64,000 nt of DNA, taken from assembly GCA_031409275.1 (NCBI GenBank), contig JANNXA010000027.1, forward strand, positions 64,001 through 128,000, written 5' to 3'. The stretch is from Planctomycetota bacterium. GTDB lineage: Bacteria > Planctomycetota > B15-G4 > SIAN01. Below are positions 1-9,298 of the stretch, piece after piece. Each line of letters begins with the position of its first letter. Positions within the stretch are counted from its first letter, which is position 1. The position numbers and the translations under genes are program-made. Under the pieces are notes generated by a model that worked only from the letters and a program-made list of their open reading frames with translations, did not search any database and was not told where the DNA came from.

Positions 1-992
1 GCCGAGAAATGGCGCACGACCTTCATCGCCAGCAACCGCGGCAAGTCGCCTTGGTGCTGCTTCAAGTAGTCGACGCCGTAGCGCCAGCACGCGGCGTCGT
101 TCTCGAGTTCGGTGCCATCGAGCGGATGGTCGGCGTCGATCAGCGGTTCGATCGGCATCCATGAGCCGACGAGCTCGGGATCGGCCGCCAGCAGCGCGTT
201 GTTCGCGCCCCAGAAGGTGAAGCCGCCGATGGTGGAGAGCGTCGCCTTGCCCAGCTGCTGCTGGTTGCGCACGACCCACGGAACGAGCAGCAACGTCGAT
301 GCGAGGCCGACCACGACCACCGCGCGCAGGCGCGCCATTCGGCGTACTTGCGGCGACAGCAGCGCTCCGACGAGGACGACGAGCCCGGCGAAAGCGACTT
401 GCGGTCGCGTCAGCAGCGCCGCGCCAAAGCACAGTCCGGTCGCGAGCGACGCCGCGACCCACGGTCGCTTGTCGTCCACGCGTCGCAGCAGACGGATGCC
501 GAACCAGCAGGTCAGCGCGATGAAGAACCCATAGGGCACTTCGGAGAGGAAGTGCATCGAGTAGTAGAAATGGCCCGGCAGCAGCGCCACCGCCAAGGCG
601 GCCAGCAAGGCAGCGATGGCGCCGAAGAGCTCGAACGCGATGAGCCCAGAGAGCAGGCAGCTGCCGGCCGAGATCGCGGCGAACCAGACGCGCGCAGCGG
701 CGTAGTCGCGGCCGAACAGCGCGTAGATCGGCAGGAGCGTCATCGACGTTCCAGGCGGGCGGCGCGCGGTGGGGGTGCCGTCGCTGAGCGTGTAGCCCTC
801 TCCGCATGCGAGGCGCCACGCGAAGAGCTCGTAGTCGAGCTGGTCGGGGTTGCTCTCGGCATCGGGCGGGGCGGAGAGGCCCTGAAATTTCGCGGCGACA
901 CCGATTCGCAGCGCGAATGCCGCCGCCGCGATCGCGAGCAGCAGCCAGCGCCAATGGGCGATGAAGAAGGGACGCGGTTCGCGAGCGGTCAC
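1..992 (-). CDS. Glycosyltransferase family 39/ArnT-like (GT-C) membrane protein, 3' end beyond the window edge
   Basis: Absent from the ORF track because it runs off the edge. Manual translation from GTG 992 gives VTAREPRPFFIAHWRWLLLAI...PDQLDYELFAWRLACGEGY...ARRPPG...LSEVPY...LTRP...PWVVRN. It has many TM segments and typical GT-C motifs. Confidence 0.75.
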   Translation of the reverse strand, partial: MTAREPRPFFIAHWRWLLLAIAAAAFALRIGVAAKFQGLSAPPDAESNPDQLDYELFAWRLACGEGYTLSDGTPTARRPPGTSMTLLPIYALFGRDYAAARVWFAAISAGSCLLSGLIAFELFGAIAALLAALAVALLPGHFYYSMHFLSEVPYGFFIALTCWFGIRLLRRVDDKRPWVAASLATGLCFGAALLTRPQVAFAGLVVLVGALLSPQVRRMARLRAVVVVGLASTLLLVPWVVRNQQQLGKATLSTIGGFTFWGANNALLAADPELVGSWMPIEPLIDADHPLDGTELENDAACWRYGVDYLKQHQGDLPRLLAMKVVRHFS

Positions 993-1018
993 GGGCGCGG
1001 ACGATAGCGCCCGATCGC

Positions 1019-3022
1019 TCACCTCGATCGCAGGTCGAGGTGCCGCACGCGAGGCCACATCGACAATCGCTGATGGCGCGTCAGCGGCCGGCGCAACGCA
1101 TCGACCGGCGCGCGCCACTCCACCTTCACGTTCGCCGCCCGGAGCGCCAGGACGCACTCCTCGAGCTCGAAGCGCGAACAGGCGTCGGTCAGGAAGAGCG
1201 CCTCGGGCTGCCCTTGCGAGAGCAGGCCGAAGCGCGGTTCGGCGCGCACCGAATCGAGCGGGCGGCGCAGCAGCATTTCGAAGCTCGGCGGGGCGTCGCG
1301 CGTCACGACGCTCTCGATCTGCTCCGGTGCACGCGTTGCGGCCAGCAGCACGACGACACCCCACGCTCCTTCGCCGAAGAGGCGGCACTTTCCTGCCGCA
1401 CCGTCGCGGCCGCGGCGCGTGATCAGCTCGACCAGCGTGGCGACCGCGGCATCGAGCGAGTCGATCGCGCCGCCGCAGCCGATCAGAACGGCTTGCGGGT
1501 CGAGTCTTTCGAACTCCGCGCGGCCCGCGAAGAGCGCGGCGCGCGGGCCGAAGTCGGAGGCGCAGATCAGGTCGGCTCGAAGCGCCCCAGCGGCGACGGT
1601 TCGCGGAAGCTCGGTGACCGTCCCGGCGCGCGATTCGAGCAGCGTGAGAGGTCGCGCGCCCGGCGTCGGTTGGAGCGCGCCCATCCGCTCCAGCAGCGGC
1701 CGCTGCCGATCGGGCAGGGCCACATGTTCGCGCCGAGCCAGCGCCATCCGCAGCAGGTCGGAGTCGAAGCGCGCTCGCAAGTACTCCTCGCCGAAGACGG
1801 CGGCGTCGGCGAGCGTCACGCTGGCAGGACGAGGAGCGGCGGGGCCGGTGCCGATGGAATCGCCATCGACCGCAACGCCGGCGCCGAGTGCGAGCGCGGC
1901 CACGTCGTCGAGCACGACCCGAATCGAGCACCCGGTTGATTCCGGGCGCGTCGCCATCCACGCGCTGATCTGCGCGAGTTCGTCGAGGGCAACTTCGGCC
2001 GGCGAACTTCCGACGAGGCGCAGCTCCGGATCGTCGCAGCCATCGAAGCTCGCGTTCACGCGCCGCTCGCCGCCTCCGAGGAAGTCGAACGTCGCGACGC
2101 ATTCGCCATTCGCCAACCACCCGGCGCATGCGGCGAGCAGCTCGGGATCGGCTTTTCCGAGCGGCCGGCCACATGCGAGCAGGGTGACGCGCGCCGGCGC
2201 GGCGCTGCGGTTCGCCACGACCGCCGGACGCGCGATCAGCGTCGCCACTTCGACGTCGGGGCGCACTTCGAGGATCAGTCGCTCGATCGTCCCTTCGGGC
2301 GCAGTCACCGTGTCGATCGGTCGCACGGCGTAGAGCGGCGGCACGCCGCGTGGCGAAAGCTCGACCCCGAAGCAGGGGACGCGCGCGAGTGCGGTCGGAG
2401 TCGGCGGCGCGCGGGGCTGCGGTGGCGTCGCGGTGGCGGTGGCGGAGAGTCGAGCGAGCGCTGCCGCGAGATCGGCGTCGCCCACGTTCAAGAGTTCCCC
2501 CACCGTGAGGTCGTGCAGCGCGCCGCTCGATCGCACGGTCGCCATCCGTGGTCCGGGCCCAGGCAGCGTCGAGACCAGCAGCACGGCGCCCTCCGGCGTG
2601 GCCACCGTGAGTCCACCGCCGGCGTGGAAGGTGAACTGCAGCGCGTAGCGCAGCCCTTGCGGCTCGGCGAAGTGGGTCAGCGGCGCCGCGGTGGTGCTGC
2701 GGCCCGCCGCGTCGAAGGCGCGGTCGTCGGTCGCGGCGGCGTCGCGCACCGTCCAGTGCCAGCGCGCCCCTTCGAAGGGCTCGAACTGCAGGTCGAGCCG
2801 CTCGATGGTCGAGTCGCTGGCGGGCGGCGCGGTCGTTGGAGTGGCGGTGGAGCGCAGTTCGACCGAAAGGTCGCAGCGTCCCTCTTCGCCAAGCACGAAC
2901 GACAGTTCGAATCGCTGCGGCCGCGAACTCGCGTCGAGCGCGATCTGGCGATCGTCAGGAGCGCGTGCGGCGCAGAGCAGCGAAGCGAAGCAGCCCACGC
3001 GGGCGATCGACCCAAGCGACAT
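1019..3022 (-). CDS. Hypothetical exported protein with degenerate alpha/beta-hydrolase (acetylxylan esterase-like) segments
   Basis: GGAGG lies upstream of ATG 3022. It has a signal-like N-terminus and a 'LILEVRPDVEVATLIARP...VATFDFLGGGER' segment reminiscent of hydrolases. No clear nucleophile motif. Confidence 0.5.
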   Translation of the reverse strand: MSLGSIARVGCFASLLCAARAPDDRQIALDASSRPQRFELSFVLGEEGRCDLSVELRSTATPTTAPPASDSTIERLDLQFEPFEGARWHWTVRDAAATDDRAFDAAGRSTTAAPLTHFAEPQGLRYALQFTFHAGGGLTVATPEGAVLLVSTLPGPGPRMATVRSSGALHDLTVGELLNVGDADLAAALARLSATATATPPQPRAPPTPTALARVPCFGVELSPRGVPPLYAVRPIDTVTAPEGTIERLILEVRPDVEVATLIARPAVVANRSAAPARVTLLACGRPLGKADPELLAACAGWLANGECVATFDFLGGGERRVNASFDGCDDPELRLVGSSPAEVALDELAQISAWMATRPESTGCSIRVVLDDVAALALGAGVAVDGDSIGTGPAAPRPASVTLADAAVFGEEYLRARFDSDLLRMALARREHVALPDRQRPLLERMGALQPTPGARPLTLLESRAGTVTELPRTVAAGALRADLICASDFGPRAALFAGRAEFERLDPQAVLIGCGGAIDSLDAAVATLVELITRRGRDGAAGKCRLFGEGAWGVVVLLAATRAPEQIESVVTRDAPPSFEMLLRRPLDSVRAEPRFGLLSQGQPEALFLTDACSRFELEECVLALRAANVKVEWRAPVDALRRPLTRHQRLSMWPRVRHLDLRSR

Positions 3023-3048
3023 CACGATCCTCCGCGCGCGAGCGACGC

Positions 3049-3198
3049 TCACGCCTCGGCGGCGCCGCGCTCCTTGTCCTCGTACTTGCCCTTGCGCGCG
3101 AAGCGCAGCACGATTCCGAGCAGCGTGCCGAGCACGAAAGCCGTGGCCACCACGCCCCAAACCGGGAAGCCGTCGATCCAATCGGTCAGCGCCTTCAA
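3049..3198 (-). CDS. Small single-TM membrane protein (49 aa)
   Basis: AAGGAG RBS sits 7 nt before TTG 3198. Translation MKALTDWIDGFPVWGVVATAFVLGTLLGIVLRFARKGKYEDKERGAAEA. It fills the gap between two co-oriented genes. Confidence 0.65.
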   Translation of the reverse strand: MKALTDWIDGFPVWGVVATAFVLGTLLGIVLRFARKGKYEDKERGAAEA

Positions 3199-3241
3199 CG
3201 AATGTCTCCTTGCCGCGGTTCGTCGCGACTCGCCTTCGAGT

Positions 3242-4207
3242 TCAGCGTCCGGCCCCGGCGGCCTTCGCGCCCTGCTTCTTCGCTGCGACAGCGGCGCGTG
3301 CGAAGGCGGCGCCGTGGAAGGCGAGCGACTCGTGCACGTATTCGCTGAAGTAGTCCTTCCCGTGGCCGCCGCTGCGCAAGAACCACTGATGGGAGACCTT
3401 GCGCTTCTCGAGGATCTGGTGCAGTTCCTCGTTGGTCTTGTTGAAGCCGTAGCGGTCGCTGTCACCGCAGTCGAAATAGAGGTCGAGCTGCGTGAGCGAT
3501 TCGACCGGCAGCGTGGCGGCGAGTTCGAGCGGGTTCCACTGCTTCCAATGGTCGACGTCGATCGGCCAGCCGTAGATCGGCTTCCACTGCGGCGCGAACT
3601 GCTTGATGCGCTCGGGCAGGCTGGCGGGATCGACGGGGTAGATCGCGGCGCTGTGGGCGCTGACGGAGCCGAAGACGTCGGGGTGCTTGAAGGCGACGTT
3701 CAACGCCCCGTAGCCGCCCATCGAGTCGCCGTTGATCCCGCGCGACTCGCGCGCGGCGAGCGTCCGGAACTTCGCGTCGATGGTCTCGACGAGTTCGGTG
3801 GCGAGGAAGTCGCCCCAAGGCGCCTTCGACTCGAGCGCGTTGACGTACATCGAGTTCTGCCCATCGGGGCAGACGACGATCATCGGCGGCACGGTGCGCG
3901 CTTCGATGAGCTGGTCGAGCTTGGCCGGCGTCCCACGCTCGGCCCACTTGCCGGCGCTGCCCCACAAGCCGTGCAGGAAATAGAGGACCGGGTAGCGCTC
4001 GCCGCTCTCGTCGTAGCCGGGCGGCAAGTAGATGCCGACATTCAGCGTGGTGTCGAGCAGCTTCGACTCGTGGGTCACGTACTCCATGCGGCTGTCGCTC
4101 AGCGCCGGCGCGGCCGGAACCGCGGTTCGCACGGGAGCGGGAGTCTCCTGCGCCGGCCCCGTGAGGAGCGCGGCGAAGAGGCCAGCGGCAGCGGCGGCGT
4201 GCGACAT
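3242..4207 (-). CDS. Secreted putative esterase (alpha/beta hydrolase)
   Basis: Signal peptide, IYLPPGY...YPVLYFLHG, nucleophile elbow GDSMGG, DCGDSD and GGH catalytic His. Confidence 0.9.
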   Translation of the reverse strand: MSHAAAAAGLFAALLTGPAQETPAPVRTAVPAAPALSDSRMEYVTHESKLLDTTLNVGIYLPPGYDESGERYPVLYFLHGLWGSAGKWAERGTPAKLDQLIEARTVPPMIVVCPDGQNSMYVNALESKAPWGDFLATELVETIDAKFRTLAARESRGINGDSMGGYGALNVAFKHPDVFGSVSAHSAAIYPVDPASLPERIKQFAPQWKPIYGWPIDVDHWKQWNPLELAATLPVESLTQLDLYFDCGDSDRYGFNKTNEELHQILEKRKVSHQWFLRSGGHGKDYFSEYVHESLAFHGAAFARAAVAAKKQGAKAAGAGR

Positions 4208-4253
4208 CGATCGACCTCCCTGGACGCGCCTGGCGTGGTTCGAGCGCGGCGTT

Positions 4254-4808
4254 CTATCCGTGGCGCGCGGCTACGGCCACCGCCCGTTCGCGCGCCGCGT
4301 GCGGCAGGACGCCTTCGAGCGTCAGCAACTGGACCTTCTTGTCGAGCCCGCCGCCGTAGCCGACGAGCTTGGCGTCGGCGCCAATCACGCGGTGGCAGGG
4401 GATCACGATCGCGATCGGATTCTCGTGGTTGGCGCGACCAATGGCGCGTGCCGCGGTCGGGGTTCCGATGGCGCGCGCGATGGCGCCGTAGCTGGCCGTT
4501 GCGCCGTACGGAATCTGCTGGAGCGCCGCCCACACGCGTTCCTGGAACGGCGTTCCGCGCGCGGCGAGCGGTGCGCTGAAGGTGCGGCGCTGGCCGGCGA
4601 AGTACTCGGAGAGCTCGCGTTCGAGGCGGTCGATCAGTCGCACCGCCGCGCGCGGGGCGACCGGCGCCATCGCCCGCGACAGCGGTCGCTCGGAACCGGC
4701 TTCGACGAAACGCAGCGCGCGGACGGCAAAGCGATCGGCGATCAGACGGAGCGTCCCGACCGGAGAGTCGATCCAGCGTTGCGCGAGAAGGGCGTTGTCG
4801 AGTTCCAT
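4254..4808 (-). CDS. ogt: Methylated-DNA--protein-cysteine S-methyltransferase
   Basis: GTPFQERVW...IPYG...ARAIGRAN..NPIAIVIPCHRVIG active-site motif. Confidence 0.95.
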   Translation of the reverse strand: MELDNALLAQRWIDSPVGTLRLIADRFAVRALRFVEAGSERPLSRAMAPVAPRAAVRLIDRLERELSEYFAGQRRTFSAPLAARGTPFQERVWAALQQIPYGATASYGAIARAIGTPTAARAIGRANHENPIAIVIPCHRVIGADAKLVGYGGGLDKKVQLLTLEGVLPHAARERAVAVAARHG

Positions 4809-4923
4809 CGGCGGCTCCGGGCTCCGACCGCAGGCTTCGCCGGTCGCAGCGCAAGGACTCTACGGCCCGCCGCCGCCGCCGTTCCCGTCGGTTCCGTGGC
4901 GCAGGGATATGCTCTCGCCCGTC

Positions 4924-5175
4924 ATGCGACTGCTCACCCTCCACCGCATCCTGATCGCGACGATGATCCTCTTCCTCGGCTATTTCGGCTGGTACCAGGC
5001 GCGCGCCTGGCAGGCGAGCGGCTCCGGCGTCGCGTTGGGGATGACGGTGGGCTGCGCCCTGATCGCCGTTGCGCTCACCTGGTACCTGACCAACCTGAAG
5101 CGTTACGTCCACCTCGACGATTCGGTGAAGAGTGGTGTGCCGCCCGCCTCCCCTCCGTCGGAGAAACCGCAGTGA
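4924..5175 (+). CDS. Small two-TM membrane protein
   Basis: MRLLTLHRILIATMILFLGYFGWY...GMTVGCALIAVALTWYL. Its stop overlaps the next GTG (GTGA), and a TATGCT -10-like element lies at 4908. Confidence 0.7.
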   Translation: MRLLTLHRILIATMILFLGYFGWYQARAWQASGSGVALGMTVGCALIAVALTWYLTNLKRYVHLDDSVKSGVPPASPPSEKPQ

Positions 5176-5849
5176 GCGATCGCGCAACCGGCTTGCTCGA
5201 ACCGCCGCCAACGGCTCCGCGCGACGGGGACGGCAAGGGCCCGACGCATCGCGGCGGCGGCGGCGGTGGCGGCAATGACGGCGGGGCGCAGAGCGGCGCC
5301 GGCCTGCCGGTCTCGAACTCGCGCCTGCTGCTGCTGTTGGCGCTGATGGCGTCGACGATGCTCTTCTCCGGCTTGATCGGCGCCTTCATCGTGTTGCGCA
5401 ACGCGGCGCCGACGTGGCCGCCCGCGGGATCACCGCCGCTCCCCGACTGGTTGACCTGGAATACGGCGCTGATCGTTGCCAGCAGCTTCGTGCTCGGCGG
5501 CGCGCACGTCGCGCAGCGGCGCGGCCATGCCGCGACGATGAAGGCCGGGCTCCTGGTCGCCACGCTGCTCGCGCTCGCGTTCCTCGGCGTGCAGTGGGTG
5601 GGCTGGCAGCAGTTGCGAGCGGATGGCTTCCTCCCGAGCAGCAACAACTACGGCGGCAACTTCTGGCTGCTGACGACGCTCCACTTCGCGCACGCCTCGG
5701 TCGGCACGCTGCTGCTCGTTCGGGCAAGCGTCCTGGCATTGCGCGGGTACTTGCCGGTGCGGCTCGCGACTTCGGTCGAAGTGGCGTCCGTTTCGTGGCA
5801 CTTCATCGACGTGGCCTGGCTGGTCATCTACTTCGTCCTCCATGCCTGA
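5172..5849 (+). CDS. Heme-copper (cytochrome c) oxidase subunit III family protein
   Basis: MLFSGLIGAF, WPP, NTALIVASS, FWLLTTLHFAH and WHFIDVAW motifs of the COX3/CtaE/CyoC family. Confidence 0.85.
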   Translation: MSDRATGLLEPPPTAPRDGDGKGPTHRGGGGGGGNDGGAQSGAGLPVSNSRLLLLLALMASTMLFSGLIGAFIVLRNAAPTWPPAGSPPLPDWLTWNTALIVASSFVLGGAHVAQRRGHAATMKAGLLVATLLALAFLGVQWVGWQQLRADGFLPSSNNYGGNFWLLTTLHFAHASVGTLLLVRASVLALRGYLPVRLATSVEVASVSWHFIDVAWLVIYFVLHA

Positions 5850-5906
5850 GAGCCTCGCGGCGCGCGCGCGGCGAAGGGCCGCGGTTGGGCGCATCGGAGG
5901 TGGGCG

Positions 5907-7271
5907 ATGGTGGAACCGTTGCGGTCCGGGCGCTCCTCGCTGCGCCGCGTGCTGCTGTTCTGGTCGATCCTGTGGCTGGCACCGATCGCCTTGGCACGCG
6001 GCGACGAATTCACGCCGCTCGATCGACAAGTGATGGCGACGCTCACCGTCACCACCGAATCGCCGCGCGCGACGTTCCACCACGAGCCGGGCGCGCTCGC
6101 TCCCGCCGAGCTCGAAGCGGCGGTGGCGGCGAACGTCGCGGCGCTGCAGTCGCTCGAGAAGACGCTCGCGATGAAGTACCGCGGCAAGGTCCACTTCTTC
6201 CTCTACCGCTCGGTCGCCGAGATGGCGGTGCGCACCGGCGCGGCGGATGGCACGGTCGCCTTCTCGACTGGCACGGTCAGCGTCCATCAGGCGCATGACT
6301 TCCGCGGCTGCCACGAACTCGTCCACATCTTCGCGCTGCAGTTCCCGCCGTGCGCGGACGGCGCCGGGGCCGACGGATTCGTGGTCGAGGGGCTCGCCAC
6401 CGCGCTTGCCGAGAGCGACGAAGGCGTGCCGATCGCCGCTTGGGGCCGCGCCTACGCGGAACTCGGCCTGCTGCCCGATTCGCTGCAGGAGTTCCGTCGT
6501 CATTGGCCGCAAGGCGCGAAGAACGGCGTGCACCCCTACCACGTCGCGGGCAGCTTCGTCGGTTGGCTGGTCGAGAAGCACGGCATCGCGAAGGTGAAGC
6601 AGTGGTACGTCGACGCCACCGAAGCGCACCGCTGGTTGGGAAAGAGCTTCGGACAGCTCGAGCGCGAGTGGCGCGAAGAGACGGCGAAGCGACCGATCGC
6701 GAAGGAGCATCTCGCTCACGTGCGCCGCAAGCTCGGACTCGAGCTCGACCCGCTGCCCGCGGCGTACGCGAACGCGAAGGGGACGCCGCTCTTCGTGGGT
6801 GGCGCTGGCGGCGGCGGGCTGCGCAGCGACCTCGCGGCCGAGCGACCCGACTGCTGGACCGTAGAGGGGGGCGCGCTGGTCGGACGGAACGAGCTGGCGT
6901 GGACTCACCTCGCGACGACGGCGGCCCACCCCGCGCGCGTCGGCGTGCGCGTCAAGTTGCGACTCGTGCGCGGCGACGCCGTGAAGCTGCGCGTGAATGG
7001 CGATCGCGAGGTGGTCCTGGCGAACTGGTCGAGCTACCTCTCGGCCGGCGGCGCCTTCGTCGGCAACGAGCGACAGAAGCTGATCGTCGGCCAATGGCAC
7101 GAGGTGGTGCTGGTGAACGATGGCGGCCGCGCTCGCGTCTGGCTCGACGGTGCCGGCCTCTTCGACCTGCCGGGCGGCTGGGCCGACGCCGGCGCCGGGA
7201 CGCTCGGCATCGCCGTCGAGAAGGGCGAGATCGAAGTGGAGCGGTGGGAGCGGTTCGAGTTGCCGCGCTAG
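5907..7271 (+). CDS. Secreted gluzincin (peptidase MA-like) domain protein with C-terminal beta-sandwich (DUF1080-like) domain
   Basis: Signal peptide, HELVH (HExxH) plus downstream EGLA and Y..AGSFVGWL. The C-terminus is WTVEGGALVG...GQWHEVVLV...GTLGI. Confidence 0.6.
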   Translation: MVEPLRSGRSSLRRVLLFWSILWLAPIALARGDEFTPLDRQVMATLTVTTESPRATFHHEPGALAPAELEAAVAANVAALQSLEKTLAMKYRGKVHFFLYRSVAEMAVRTGAADGTVAFSTGTVSVHQAHDFRGCHELVHIFALQFPPCADGAGADGFVVEGLATALAESDEGVPIAAWGRAYAELGLLPDSLQEFRRHWPQGAKNGVHPYHVAGSFVGWLVEKHGIAKVKQWYVDATEAHRWLGKSFGQLEREWREETAKRPIAKEHLAHVRRKLGLELDPLPAAYANAKGTPLFVGGAGGGGLRSDLAAERPDCWTVEGGALVGRNELAWTHLATTAAHPARVGVRVKLRLVRGDAVKLRVNGDREVVLANWSSYLSAGGAFVGNERQKLIVGQWHEVVLVNDGGRARVWLDGAGLFDLPGGWADAGAGTLGIAVEKGEIEVERWERFELPR

Positions 7272-7300
7272 CGCGCTTCATCCCGGTCCGCATCCGCGAG

Positions 7301-8128
7301 TCACACCGCCACGTCGAACTCGCGCAGCGCCTGGTTCAAGCTCGTCTTCAGGTCGGTGGAGGCCTTCCTCTCGCCGATCAGCAGCGCGCACGGCGTCCCG
7401 AACTCGCCGCCCGGGAACTTCTTCGGGAGCGTGCCAGGGATCACCACCGCGCGCGGCGGGATGCGGCCGCGCGTGATGGTGGCGGGCACCGCGTTCACGT
7501 CGATGATCGGCGTCGAGGCGGTCAGCACGACACCGGCACCGAGCACGGCCTGCTCCTCGACTAGCACCCCTTCGACGACGATCGCGCGGCTGCCGATGAA
7601 GCAGCCATCTTCGATGATGACCGGCTGCGCTTGCGGCGGTTCGAGGACGCCGCCGATGCCCACGCCACCCGACAGGTGGACGTCGCGACCGACTTGCGCG
7701 CAGCTGCCGACCGTCGCCCAGGTGTCGACCATCGTGCCGCTGCCGACCCGCGCGCCGATGTTCACGTAGCTCGGCATCATCACGACGCCGCGCTCGAGGA
7801 ACGCCCCGTAGCGGCAGATTCCGTGCGGAACGATGCGTACGCCGGCGGCGGCGAGGTTTCGCTTGAGCGGCACCTTGTCGTGGAACTCGAAGGGCCCGAC
7901 GGTCACCGTCTCGAGGCCGCGCAGCCGGAAGTAGAGGAGGATCGCCTGCTTGATCCAGCCATGCGTCGTCCACGTCGCGCGCCCATCGGGACCGGCGAGC
8001 TTCTCCGCGACCCGCAGCGTCCCGTCATCGAGGCGGGCGATGGTCGCCTCGACCGCGGCGAGGAGCGCCGCTCGCTCGGCGGTGAGGTCGCCGGTGGCGA
8101 AGGCGCGTTCGATGATGGCGACGTTCAA
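7301..8128 (-). CDS. dapD: 2,3,4,5-tetrahydropyridine-2,6-dicarboxylate N-succinyltransferase
   Basis: WIKQAILLYFR, DKVPLK, MPSYVNIGA, DTWATVGSCAQ, HLSGGVGIGGVLEP. The TTG start overlaps the dapC stop. Confidence 0.95.
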   Translation of the reverse strand: MNVAIIERAFATGDLTAERAALLAAVEATIARLDDGTLRVAEKLAGPDGRATWTTHGWIKQAILLYFRLRGLETVTVGPFEFHDKVPLKRNLAAAGVRIVPHGICRYGAFLERGVVMMPSYVNIGARVGSGTMVDTWATVGSCAQVGRDVHLSGGVGIGGVLEPPQAQPVIIEDGCFIGSRAIVVEGVLVEEQAVLGAGVVLTASTPIIDVNAVPATITRGRIPPRAVVIPGTLPKKFPGGEFGTPCALLIGERKASTDLKTSLNQALREFDVAV

Positions 8129-9288
8129 GCGGTGAGTCCTTCGAGTCGCGCGACCGCTGCGCGGCAGTCCGCTTCGGTGGCGACCAGCGCAAATCGCACG
8201 TGCTGCTCGCCGCCGACGCCAAGCCAGGAGCCCGGCGTCACCAGCAGCCCGAGCTCGAGCAGCTTCTCCGCGAGCTGGACGGAGTCCTTGAAGCCGGCCG
8301 GCACGCGCCACCAGAGGTAGAAGGTCGCGGCACCGCCGTCATGGTGCCACCCCTTCTTGCGGAAGAGCGCGAGGAAGAGCTCGCGACGGCGTCGGTAGGT
8401 GTCGATCACGCCGGTCACGTGAGCGTCGTCGTTCCACGCGGCGGTGGCCGCCGCCTGCACGAAATCGGGGGTCGCCACGCCGACGGCTGGCCGGAAGCGG
8501 GCGAGCGCCGCGATCAGCCGCGGATCGCCGGCGACGAAACCGCTGCGATAGCCGGTCATCGAGCTGCGCTTGCTGCAGCTGTGGAACGCCAGCACGTTCG
8601 CGAACTTCGGTGCATCGGCCGCGACCAGCACGCTCGCGGAGGGCTGCTCGAAATAGAGGTCGGCGTAGCACTCATCCGACCCGAGCACGAAGTCGTGCTT
8701 GCGAGCCAGCGCGACGAGGCGCGCGTAGAGCTTTGCATCGGCCTCGGCACCCGTCGGGTTGTGCGGGTAGTTGACCCACATCAACGCGGTGCGATCGAGC
8801 AGCTGCGGCGAGAGCGCGGCAAGGTCGGGACGGAAGCCATGCGCGCGATCGAGCTTGACCGCGTGGTGGGTCGCTCCGGCGTAGGCGGCGCCCTGCTCGT
8901 AGACCGGGTACGCGGGCTCGAAGGTGACCACCGTCTTCTTGCTCGATGCCGGATCGATCAGCGCGAGGTGGGTCGTGAAGATCCCCTCCTTCGTGCCGTT
9001 CACCGGAAGCACGTGCGTCTCCGGATCGAGCGGCACGCCGAAGCGTCGCGCCACGTAGCTGCAGATGGCGCCGCGCAGCTTCGCGCTCCCCTTCACGCTC
9101 GGGTACGACGAGATCTCGGGCACCGCCGCCTTCATCGCGTCGCGCAGGAAGGCGGGCGTCGGCTCGCGCGGATCGCCCATCGAGAAGTCGAGCATGCGCT
9201 GGCCCGCGGCCTCGCGCTGCCGCTTGATCTCCATCAGCTTCGCGAAGGGGTACTCGCGCGCCGCTTCGAGGATCGGATTCAATTTCAC
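8125..9288 (-). CDS. dapC: Succinyldiaminopimelate aminotransferase (class I PLP)
   Basis: YPF, GTKE, WVNYPHNPTG, SDECY, HSCSKRSSMTGYRSG, and its position between dapE and dapD. Confidence 0.85.
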   Translation of the reverse strand: MKLNPILEAAREYPFAKLMEIKRQREAAGQRMLDFSMGDPREPTPAFLRDAMKAAVPEISSYPSVKGSAKLRGAICSYVARRFGVPLDPETHVLPVNGTKEGIFTTHLALIDPASSKKTVVTFEPAYPVYEQGAAYAGATHHAVKLDRAHGFRPDLAALSPQLLDRTALMWVNYPHNPTGAEADAKLYARLVALARKHDFVLGSDECYADLYFEQPSASVLVAADAPKFANVLAFHSCSKRSSMTGYRSGFVAGDPRLIAALARFRPAVGVATPDFVQAAATAAWNDDAHVTGVIDTYRRRRELFLALFRKKGWHHDGGAATFYLWWRVPAGFKDSVQLAEKLLELGLLVTPGSWLGVGGEQHVRFALVATEADCRAAVARLEGLTA

Positions 9289-9298
9289 GGGACGCCCT

